IMG/VR virus record: IMGVR_UViG_3300013233_000093
Location: 158,907-222,906 of that record
Direction: 5' to 3' (one strand)
Length of the DNA stretch: 64,000 nt
In this document: one piece after another, positions 56,068-64,000 of the stretch
Layout of the letters: the number at the start of each line of letters is the position of its first letter
How positions within the stretch are numbered: position 1 is the stretch's first letter
The notes under the pieces: generated by a model
Databases searched by the model: none
The model's input: the letters and a program-made list of their open reading frames with translations, nothing else
Told to the model about the DNA's origin: nothing
Made by a program: the position numbers and the translations under genes

Positions 56068-56694
56068 ATGAGTTCAAAAGAAACGTCAAAAATGGGCGTC
56101 TTTATAGACAGCCTAAAATTACCTCAACAGGTAAACCGCAGCACACCTGCTAAACTTTGGCATAGATCGTTACTTGCCGTTAAGATGAAGCCGGATGTCT
56201 GGAACCGTTTAATCAACGAATGGAGGGAGGTGCAGGCTAAGTTGCTTGGTAATTCTAAAGCTATTAGCTTGAAGACCAATACGGGCGACGCGTTAGCGGG
56301 TGACCGCATGACGTGGATGCACTTCGAGCGTGGCGTATCCATCATCAATGCGGACGGTCGATTTAAACGGGTGACTGTGACGATCGAGTACGAGGAGTTC
56401 GACGGAGATGTTATTGTCTGTAAGGAGGACATTTACAACGCGTCTTCCACACGTGCCATGACACCTGTGGGGCATGCTAAGTACACCACGCTCACGCCAG
56501 GTGGCAAAGCGGTGCCAGGTAACGCATACCTTATAGACGGGTTCTCTTCTAAGGTAAATGGTAAGGTGTTACGATTCAACGGTGTGACGCCACTCACGGT
56601 TCCGGCGGGAACATTTGATACCCTGACTGTTGTGGGTAACTACGTACTGGATGCGAACAGCTATCCTTCTAACTTATGGGCGGGTGTAAGATGA
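56068..56694 (+). CDS. phiKZ-like hypothetical protein with beta-rich C-terminal extension
   Basis: LW...W..LI..W, MTW..F..G motifs; AGGAG RBS. Confidence 0.7.
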   Translation: MSSKETSKMGVFIDSLKLPQQVNRSTPAKLWHRSLLAVKMKPDVWNRLINEWREVQAKLLGNSKAISLKTNTGDALAGDRMTWMHFERGVSIINADGRFKRVTVTIEYEEFDGDVIVCKEDIYNASSTRAMTPVGHAKYTTLTPGGKAVPGNAYLIDGFSSKVNGKVLRFNGVTPLTVPAGTFDTLTVVGNYVLDANSYPSNLWAGVR

Positions 56695-57158
56695 ACGAAG
56701 TAACTGGCGATATTTTCGAGTTGTTGGAAAGTGGCAAGTACGACTGTATGTTGTACATAAAGAACTGTGCAGGCATTCCCATACCGTCGATTGGGGTTGC
56801 GGTGCATAAACGGTACGCACTTGACACTGGCGATGTGGGGATCAAATACGCGCACGAGTTATTAGGCACTTGTGATTACACAATCGTTCATACCACAGCA
56901 GGCAGTGTCACAATAGCGGGTTCTTACGCATGCTTGTTGCCGGGCAAACCGAACGATCGCAGATTCGATTATGCTGCATTTGAGTCCAGCCTGGTTAAAC
57001 TTAGAGAGCAGTTGATCCTGACTGGTTCTAAATCGCTGATTTTTCCAAAGATCGCCACTGGCTGTCAGGGTGGACGATGGAGAAAGGCTAAGAATATTAT
57101 GGAGCAAACGCTTCACGACATTGATCTTACTCTGGTTAGGAGACCCGTTCCAGATTAA
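56691..57158 (+). CDS. Macro domain (ADP-ribose binding) protein, divergent
   Basis: EVTGDIFE, FDYAAFESSL, IFPKIATGCQGGRW. Confidence 0.75.
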   Translation: MNEVTGDIFELLESGKYDCMLYIKNCAGIPIPSIGVAVHKRYALDTGDVGIKYAHELLGTCDYTIVHTTAGSVTIAGSYACLLPGKPNDRRFDYAAFESSLVKLREQLILTGSKSLIFPKIATGCQGGRWRKAKNIMEQTLHDIDLTLVRRPVPD

Positions 57159-57171
57159 CCTTTGTTGTTTT

Positions 57172-57203
57172 AGGATGCCCCTCGCGGGTATCCTTTTTTT
57201 TTA
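57172..57203 (+). terminator. Intrinsic terminator
   Basis: AGGATGCCC-ctcgc-GGGTATCCT plus T-run. Confidence 0.85.
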
Positions 57204-57229
57204 TTTGTTTTTTATAAAAGGCAACGGCC

Positions 57230-58414
57230 ATGGCAGCATTAATAAAACCAAGTATTTTTGAATCGGGTGCAGACGATGCACTCACAGTGGTCGATGTCTA
57301 TAACGGCGCTAATGTATTAGACCTTAGTGGTCTTGGCATAGAACTGCCCAGCCTACCGTCACTTGGGTTTGACTTCAGTACTGCTACGCTGGATGACTAT
57401 CTGGCACTTGGAGGCACATTACTGGCAGGTATTACATTAAGTCAGCTGCTGAAGGGCAAGTTAAACGACGGGCAACTGCGCAGACTTATACCCACGTTAT
57501 CCCGAGATATACTACCGCGTGCCATGTTGAAATGGCTTAGTGCGTATACACTCGGTGACGTAAACAGTGCGATGTCGAATTACATCAACTATCCAGGCAG
57601 TATAAATTTAGAATCACTTAGTGCAACAGACTTTACCCGATTAATGACGATCGTTGTTGCTGCATGGGTTTGGGATGTTAGTTTAACCGGTGGCAATGGA
57701 ATCGGCGGCGCAGGGTCTGTAACTTCTACTGCTGTGGGTGCACGCGTGGTGACAGGTGAGTATAGCGGTGCTGGCGCTATCGCTACTGCGATCTTTAGCT
57801 TATCGGGCACAACTGCAGTGCGTACTCCAGACGCCGCGAACGCACTTGTCCAAGCTGCGCTATCGCCACAAATAGACTACACGACCGACGACTATTCTAA
57901 TCGCGTGACTGTTTTTAGTGATTATGCTAATGTAAATGCGGCTGCAATATCGTTATACGAAGCGTTCTTAACTGCGGATAACCCAGTGACATACGCATCC
58001 GATTATATTATATCCAGCGTCATAAGGGAATTGGTAGATATGGGTGTTTTACAAACACCCGTTGCGCTTACTGCGTTGTTAGAAGTACCGTTATCTCCAG
58101 TCGAGCGGAAGCGCACGATTATTCAAATGCTTGGGCGATTTCAGCCTACGCCTGGGATGGATCCTACGGAGAACGCCAAGGTGTTTCTAGACGACCTTTA
58201 CACCATAGATCCCATGTGGGATAAGTTTATACGTAACGGTGTGGTGGAGCAGGATTTTACAATGTGGAAATGGAGTTATTATGCAGCGAGAAGCATATTG
58301 TTCCTAGACCCACGCACCAGGTCTGCTGCTGGTACTATCATGTTTTCATCCGTCAGTGCTAATCGACCAACACAGGTAATGACAAACACATATCCAAGAG
58401 TGTATTTCAAATAG
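57230..58414 (+). CDS. Virion structural protein (phiKZ-like)
   Basis: SIFESGADDALTVVDVY N-terminus; L..IDPMW, terminal YP. Confidence 0.6.
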   Translation: MAALIKPSIFESGADDALTVVDVYNGANVLDLSGLGIELPSLPSLGFDFSTATLDDYLALGGTLLAGITLSQLLKGKLNDGQLRRLIPTLSRDILPRAMLKWLSAYTLGDVNSAMSNYINYPGSINLESLSATDFTRLMTIVVAAWVWDVSLTGGNGIGGAGSVTSTAVGARVVTGEYSGAGAIATAIFSLSGTTAVRTPDAANALVQAALSPQIDYTTDDYSNRVTVFSDYANVNAAAISLYEAFLTADNPVTYASDYIISSVIRELVDMGVLQTPVALTALLEVPLSPVERKRTIIQMLGRFQPTPGMDPTENAKVFLDDLYTIDPMWDKFIRNGVVEQDFTMWKWSYYAARSILFLDPRTRSAAGTIMFSSVSANRPTQVMTNTYPRVYFK

Positions 58415-58416
58415 TC

Positions 58417-58465
58417 GGCATAGATCACTGTACTCGGTAATCCCGAGTACAGTGCGTTTATGCTG
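58417..58465. terminator. Bidirectional stem-loop with GGCATA/TATGCTG arms
   Basis: CACTGTACTCGG-taatc-CCGAGTACAGTG. Confidence 0.8.
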
Positions 58466-60565
58466 TTAAAGGCTGGGTGCGCCGCGATCACCGCCTGCAA
58501 AGACAATTGACATTATGTTTCCCGGACCCGTGCCCGAGAACCAGTTAGTGAATTTTTCAGGCGTTAACCATCTGTCAAAAGACGCCATCTGTTTGCGCCA
58601 TGCTAGTCTAAGTCGCGGAGACACAGCGGCGTACTGATCGTACAGAGTTACCCCGCCCAAGGACAACAGGTAGTCTGTTAACACGGTGTCTTCATCAAAC
58701 ATGGACAGGCTTAACAAATCCGTTAATCCGCCACTGGGTGAAATCGGAGCATGCATCGTCTTGGACAAGTCTATAACGCTGAACGTGACGTCTACCGAAG
58801 TGGGCAATTTATCCTTACTCCAGCCCGTATTACCAGTCCCGCGTGTAATGGTAACCTTGTCAATGATACCGGTTCTTACCATGTTACGTCCAGTGGATTC
58901 CAAGCGGCATAAGAACGGGCTTGTGTACGAGTTCTTACCTGTAGACAACGGTAATACACCTGCCAGTAACATACACAGTGGGATGTAAATGTTTAAGTAG
59001 ACAGACATCTTGTTGCCGTACGGAGTCGCTAATGTAATGGTGTAGTCATTAGACGGCAGACTGGCTGAGGCAGACTCCCAGAAATCGGGGATGTCCACGT
59101 ATGACGTGCCACCTAACCCGGCTAGACTGCCCAGTCCGATAGACGCCAGTCCGCCAGCCATGAGGTTCTTAATGCCTGAGAACGCACCCTCTATCACAGA
59201 GGCCACCGCGCCATCGCCGATGTTACCGTGGCCGAAGTCAAATAGAGTACTACGGACTTTACTGCTATTGGCGTTTAGCTTTTCTTCGATGCCGGACGAC
59301 TTCGTGGTGTTTGTAAAGCTTTCGCTCACGGTTTTCTGCGCGTCTACGTAGAACCCCACCCAATGAGTGCCCTGATTCATTTCTGCTTTAAACATGGCAG
59401 GAACACGATCCCATAATCCGGTGGTGTTTTTGCGCTTGTCGTCTTTCGGCGGCGTGGTGTCGTTGCCGTATGCAATAGCAGCATCTTTATCGCCCATGGT
59501 TACGTCAGGTATATTACCCTCTCCCTGCCCGATTGGGGAGTTTTGGAAATACTGCTTTGTGTACTTAAGGATGCTCGGTTCCGACGGGTCTCCCTGTAGC
59601 ATGAACGACTCTGGCGTAGGCGGATCCATTTTATCGTTTACGTACTTTCGTACCAGATCGTTGTATGTATACTTATCTGATTTCTCAGCCGCTTTGCCGA
59701 TGTCGTGCAGTATCTTGTTATGCTTGTTGGCCAAGCGCTGTGCCCTGCTTGTCATTGCGATTATGTCTATGCCGCCGTCAGCGGTCATTACGTCCGGCAG
59801 TAAGCGATTAAACACAGCTGCTTCCGAGGGAGATAATCCATTAGAGTAACTGATCCCTCTTTTATTTTTCTTCGCGTCTGCTTTGACCTCCGCGACCGTT
59901 TTACCGTTAATGTTCTCTACATCTGATCCCTGCACTAAACCTAAGTTTACACCGAGTCGGACAGCCAGCGTATTTACAGTCGATAGATACAAAGGCATGG
60001 TTGGTTTTAAGTAGAAGAACTTAGACTGCGGTCTATCTGCGATGAAATTCACCATGCGGGATACTAGGTTAGCCGCACCCACAATGGCTTGGAACGGCAA
60101 CGTCAGAATAAAGCCTATTGCGTTACCTACGTCGAATAAGAACCCTGTGGCCTTACCTGTGGTGGCCAGTGCGGCAAGTCTGGAGTCGTAGTAGCTTAGA
60201 AAGAACGTAGACAGTCCGTTATACTCAGGCACACCGAATTGCAGATTAATGAGTTGTGCGTGATCGTCGTAAGCCTCGCTATAATACTCGCCCATGCCGT
60301 CCATATAACTGTCGGGACCAATGCCCGGACGGACGATGTCTGCGTATTCAGTAAACTGTGGTTTTGGGTTTATGCCGAAATTACCCCCTGGAGAAGAATC
60401 TGTAAACTTAATATCGGCTGAAGCAAATTTATGTACGTTAAAGATCTCGCCCAATATGCTAAACTTATTTGAAAAATAGGCTGCACGTACCCACTGCGAG
60501 TCTTCTCGTATAAACGTGTTGTAATAATCAGCAGCACCTGCCATGATAAACTCCTTAAAAGACAT
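58466..60565 (-). CDS. Tail/baseplate structural protein (phiKZ gp182-like)
   Basis: KFTDSSPGGNFGINPKPQFT, GMGEYYSEA, FGVP, SYTSPFLC, ITRGTGN.GW. Confidence 0.75.
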   Translation of the reverse strand: MSFKEFIMAGAADYYNTFIREDSQWVRAAYFSNKFSILGEIFNVHKFASADIKFTDSSPGGNFGINPKPQFTEYADIVRPGIGPDSYMDGMGEYYSEAYDDHAQLINLQFGVPEYNGLSTFFLSYYDSRLAALATTGKATGFLFDVGNAIGFILTLPFQAIVGAANLVSRMVNFIADRPQSKFFYLKPTMPLYLSTVNTLAVRLGVNLGLVQGSDVENINGKTVAEVKADAKKNKRGISYSNGLSPSEAAVFNRLLPDVMTADGGIDIIAMTSRAQRLANKHNKILHDIGKAAEKSDKYTYNDLVRKYVNDKMDPPTPESFMLQGDPSEPSILKYTKQYFQNSPIGQGEGNIPDVTMGDKDAAIAYGNDTTPPKDDKRKNTTGLWDRVPAMFKAEMNQGTHWVGFYVDAQKTVSESFTNTTKSSGIEEKLNANSSKVRSTLFDFGHGNIGDGAVASVIEGAFSGIKNLMAGGLASIGLGSLAGLGGTSYVDIPDFWESASASLPSNDYTITLATPYGNKMSVYLNIYIPLCMLLAGVLPLSTGKNSYTSPFLCRLESTGRNMVRTGIIDKVTITRGTGNTGWSKDKLPTSVDVTFSVIDLSKTMHAPISPSGGLTDLLSLSMFDEDTVLTDYLLSLGGVTLYDQYAAVSPRLRLAWRKQMASFDRWLTPEKFTNWFSGTGPGNIMSIVFAGGDRGAPSL

Positions 60566-60595
60566 CGCCTGCCGTTAAGCAGGTGATGTAATGGG

Positions 60596-63500
60596 TTATG
60601 ATTTAAAGTTAACGACTGACCGCAAAGGTCTGGCGCTTTGGGTAAACGCACTTGGATCGTTCTTGCGTTGTGGATTGGGCGAACTTACGTTAACGTTCGT
60701 CGTAGCCACATGCACTTCTGTTGACTCACTCGCCACTGCAATCCGATCGAGTTGTTCGATCATCTTACCTTGGTTAGCGATCATTGTCTCACGCTGAGTC
60801 ACCGCTGTCTGTAACAGATTAACGCGTTGTATCTGATTGCGCATGCTGTCATCTGCCACAGCATTGGTAAACCGATTCTGACGAGCTTCCTTATAACCTC
60901 TTGCTACATCTGGAGATTGTAAGTATAGATCGTTACTGGTCAGTTCAGTGCGATGGTCGTTACGGGTTAACGTAGTCGTCTTATTCGTAACGGGAACATT
61001 CACTCGTTCTTGCACCACCGGAGCAGCTGTGGCGGTCACTGCCGGTGAAGGTGCAAAGTGGTTGAAGTTTATGTTCTCTTCACGGATAGAATCCGCCATA
61101 CCCCCTGTAACGCCCTGTGGTGCGTTATACGCCACTGCAGCACTTGCAGGGATGGCTGAGTATACCTCTTTAGATATCGGCTCACGTCCAAGCTGCGCTC
61201 GCGTAGCGTTGGCTGTGGTAATATCTTGTTGGTCGTACTTAACTACGGATTCTCCGCCGTCAGCAGCTAAACGATCTGTGCCGTACAACGACGCGTACCG
61301 CTTTCTGCTTAACGGACTTAGACCCAGGCCTGCACGATGCTCGTTGATCTCAGTGAACGTAAGCACATCTGATTTCACAGCACGTGTATCTGTACCAAGC
61401 AATTCCTTCATCTGACGTCGAGCCAGCTTAGATTGCTCTAAAGACAGGATCTTTGGCTTAGCGGGAGGCGTTACTGCGGCCAGCATTGCAGGTGGCGTGT
61501 CGTCTGCCGCCGCCAATTGTCTCCGACGCTTCTCCTCCTGTAATACAGACAGATCCATGCCAGTAGCACTTACTGCGTCGATCTTACTGGAGTCCACACC
61601 AGCTTGTGCACTCGGTGTGAGTTCAGCCAGATCCATTCCTGGATTGGCAACTTCTTTACCAGACTTAAACGTAGACGCTATGCCAGAAAATAAGTTACCT
61701 ACCACAGACTCATCCGCCGTGGCCGTTTCTGGAAGGAGGGTATTCACGCCCTCCAGCTTGGCATCGGGTGTAACGATCTTTTCCGCCTTGGCCATAACCT
61801 TAGCTTCTTTGATCGCGTTGACCACTGTGGTTTTATCTTCCGCGTTAAAACCAGTCATTGGATCAAACACTGGCGCAGACTGTCGCAAATCTTTTCTCCA
61901 TTCGAAATGGAGATGATCGCCGTCGGAGTGACCCGTGTCACCAACAAAGCCGATCAGCTGGCCCTGCTTCACGCGTGCACCGATGCCCGTGCCCGGTGCA
62001 AACCCTTGCATGTGCGCGTAACGCGTGCCCGTGCCGTCGCCGTGCTTCATGTAGATCACGTTGCCATATGTAGTACTTTTATACTGACGATAGATTTCAC
62101 CGTCAGCAGCAGCCATTATAGGCGATCCGTTAGGGGCGGCGATGTCAATGCCCTTGTGCATAGAACGGGTTTTTTCTATGGGGGCGATGCGCATCCCAAA
62201 AGGAGAGCTGATTATGCCCTTTACTGGCATCATCAACTTAGTCTTTCCGCCCGGCAACGGAGGATGTATCGCGTCCTCGTATAACTGACCTGCGACTAAA
62301 GCAGTGCCGACAGCAGCGGCCTTCGCTGTGTTACGTGCCACACGCTTCACAGTCTTAGCCATGTCGTGCGGATCTATTATGCCCTCTTGCTTGACCGCTC
62401 TATTTGGATCTGTGGATCCTGGGCGTGTGATCGTGCTGGTGCGCTGCTTAGCCTTTGACCTCACTGGCAGAGCGGGTAGCTTTGTATCAACGCCGTCTTT
62501 GTGGGTGTAGTAGTCCATCAGCTGGACGACGTAGTCTTCAGTCTCCTTACGCATTGAACTCATAGAGCGTCCACGCATGGGCTCTGCTATGACCGCGTAC
62601 GGATCCAGTCCTCTTGCAGCATCATCCGCATTAAACTGCGTGCGCATGATGTATGAGACCACATCGTCCTTATCCAGGTCATCGTCGACATCGTCTATAT
62701 CAGCACCGGAGTCTATCTTACGTAAGACAGAGATGTGTGTAAAGTACACTGGCATGAAACGACGTTTAAACCACACAGACCATTCAGTCAGATCGGCTTC
62801 GTTGTTTTTAAACCTGCCAAACCCTTCGTGCAACTCGTTAAAGAAGTACTCGGGTGGTTTGGACAACGTAGGCTTATCGTCCTTCCATGTCATGTTATCA
62901 TCGACAAGTTCTTCGAGTATGCGTAACTGGTACACAAAGTCTTTGTCAGACGGATAGACGCCGTATTGCATATACCGCATGGCTTCTAACCGGTCTACCT
63001 TTGCGCCGCGTTTAACGTGCTTATACAACAAGTACGCGCCGTAGCCCAAGGCACCTGCCACTGCAGCACCCAATAACACAGTACCTGCGCCAACCGCAGC
63101 CACAGTACTCGCAACGGTAGTTGCTGCAGTACCTGCTGCTGCCATCGCGGATGCGCCATACGTCATTGCCAACGGCACTGCCACTTTAGCAACGTTCACT
63201 ATTTTACCTCCTACATTCTTAACCGCATTAAACGCCTTAGAAAAGAACCCACCGCCGCCTCTTGGTGGCGTAGGCCGGTTTCCTGGTCCAGGACGCCCTC
63301 CCGGCATGTCGGGTATTGGCGGAGTCCCGCCGTCACCGCCCATACCGCCCATGCCGAACAATCCGGCTAGCTTAGCCATCATGCCGACTTGGTTTCGGTT
63401 TCCACGATTGCCGCGATTTCCTCTCCGCGATCCATTACGATTATCGTCGGCGTTATCATCGGCTTGTTCCTCGTCGCTACGTCCGCCTTGACCTCTAAAG

Positions 63501-64000
63501 CTGCCGTCCCGTAAGCCGTCACCGTCGACATCGCCTGCTGTAGACGCACCCTGGTCACGAATCTCTCGTAAGGCATCTAGTTGTGCCTGCAGGTATCCTC
63601 TAGAGGTCGTATCTGCAACGGTATCGTCGCCCGTTTCAATGTCGTCGCCGGTATTACCCTCACTATCCGCATCGCTTAAAGATGTATCTGGAGTTCTATC
63701 CAGAATCTCCGTAAGCGTAGCTAATATCTCAGCGGGGGTGTCTGTCGGAGGGACACCGTCGCCTGTGGGTGCCGGAGGCACCGGAGATGCTATCAGTGGC
63801 GACAGCGAAGCTGGGTCGCCCTGACGGATGTCAGATAACCCAACACGTGGACTCGCTGGCGCTCCCCCACCTGTGGGTGGAGCCGCATCACCTGTGGGTG
63901 CCGGAGGCACCGGAGATGCTATCAGTGGCGACAGCGAAGCTGGGTCGCCCTGACGGATGTCAGATAACCCAACACGTGGACTCGCTGGCGCTCCCCCACC
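60596..64000 (-). CDS. Giant tail-associated lysin/tape-measure-like protein (gp181-like) with M23 peptidase; 5' end outside window
   Basis: DVDGDG..DGS, RYMQYG, WF..RF.PVY; HKGID, YAHM and HLHFE M23 motifs; frame open to window edge. Confidence 0.85.
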   Translation of the reverse strand, partial: GGGAPASPRVGLSDIRQGDPASLSPLIASPVPPAPTGDAAPPTGGGAPASPRVGLSDIRQGDPASLSPLIASPVPPAPTGDGVPPTDTPAEILATLTEILDRTPDTSLSDADSEGNTGDDIETGDDTVADTTSRGYLQAQLDALREIRDQGASTAGDVDGDGLRDGSFRGQGGRSDEEQADDNADDNRNGSRRGNRGNRGNRNQVGMMAKLAGLFGMGGMGGDGGTPPIPDMPGGRPGPGNRPTPPRGGGGFFSKAFNAVKNVGGKIVNVAKVAVPLAMTYGASAMAAAGTAATTVASTVAAVGAGTVLLGAAVAGALGYGAYLLYKHVKRGAKVDRLEAMRYMQYGVYPSDKDFVYQLRILEELVDDNMTWKDDKPTLSKPPEYFFNELHEGFGRFKNNEADLTEWSVWFKRRFMPVYFTHISVLRKIDSGADIDDVDDDLDKDDVVSYIMRTQFNADDAARGLDPYAVIAEPMRGRSMSSMRKETEDYVVQLMDYYTHKDGVDTKLPALPVRSKAKQRTSTITRPGSTDPNRAVKQEGIIDPHDMAKTVKRVARNTAKAAAVGTALVAGQLYEDAIHPPLPGGKTKLMMPVKGIISSPFGMRIAPIEKTRSMHKGIDIAAPNGSPIMAAADGEIYRQYKSTTYGNVIYMKHGDGTGTRYAHMQGFAPGTGIGARVKQGQLIGFVGDTGHSDGDHLHFEWRKDLRQSAPVFDPMTGFNAEDKTTVVNAIKEAKVMAKAEKIVTPDAKLEGVNTLLPETATADESVVGNLFSGIASTFKSGKEVANPGMDLAELTPSAQAGVDSSKIDAVSATGMDLSVLQEEKRRRQLAAADDTPPAMLAAVTPPAKPKILSLEQSKLARRQMKELLGTDTRAVKSDVLTFTEINEHRAGLGLSPLSRKRYASLYGTDRLAADGGESVVKYDQQDITTANATRAQLGREPISKEVYSAIPASAAVAYNAPQGVTGGMADSIREENINFNHFAPSPAVTATAAPVVQERVNVPVTNKTTTLTRNDHRTELTSNDLYLQSPDVARGYKEARQNRFTNAVADDSMRNQIQRVNLLQTAVTQRETMIANQGKMIEQLDRIAVASESTEVHVATTNVNVSSPNPQRKNDPSAFTQSARPLRSVVNFKS
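63762..64000 (-). repeat. Exact 129-bp (43-aa) tandem repeat, truncated by window end
   Basis: Units begin at 63762 and 63891. Confidence 0.95.

Noticed and set aside
1-64000. CRISPR array or integron cassette array
   Set aside because: Repeats are dispersed promoters, hairpins or coding duplications; no repeat-spacer periodicity, attC consensus, cas or integrase

Overview
This is a 64 kb segment of a phiKZ-like jumbo phage (Chimalliviridae-type, probably nucleus-forming) infecting a Gram-negative host. Family assignments come from motif recognition only; no database search was run. Evidence for the assignment: a split virion RNA polymerase beta subunit, a long UvsX, a long RNase H, gp164-like spike, gp181-like giant tail lysin, gp182-like tail protein, internal head protein paralogs, and a repeated TATAT(C/T)AC early promoter. 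Layout: 1-17.5 kb is a + strand early accessory region (dUTPase, thymidylate kinase, six XRE-HTH genes, about 15 small membrane proteins). 17.6-22.9 kb has four stand-alone beta-propellers and the spike. 24.6-38.7 kb is a - strand tail fibre module. 38.7-64 kb is conserved core with inserted early cassettes. Best leads: (1) a membrane-anchored 60-aa peptide with H-x7-CxxCH heme-c signature heading a tightly packed array of six 4-TM proteins; (2) five internal head proteins that all carry G-X-Q where phiKZ-type proteases cut S/A/G-X-E; (3) an adhesin set of three Mtd_N-FN3-FG-GAP fibres plus four anchorless propellers; (4) a duplicated 70-bp promoter-leader cassette whose hairpin loop is inverted between copies.
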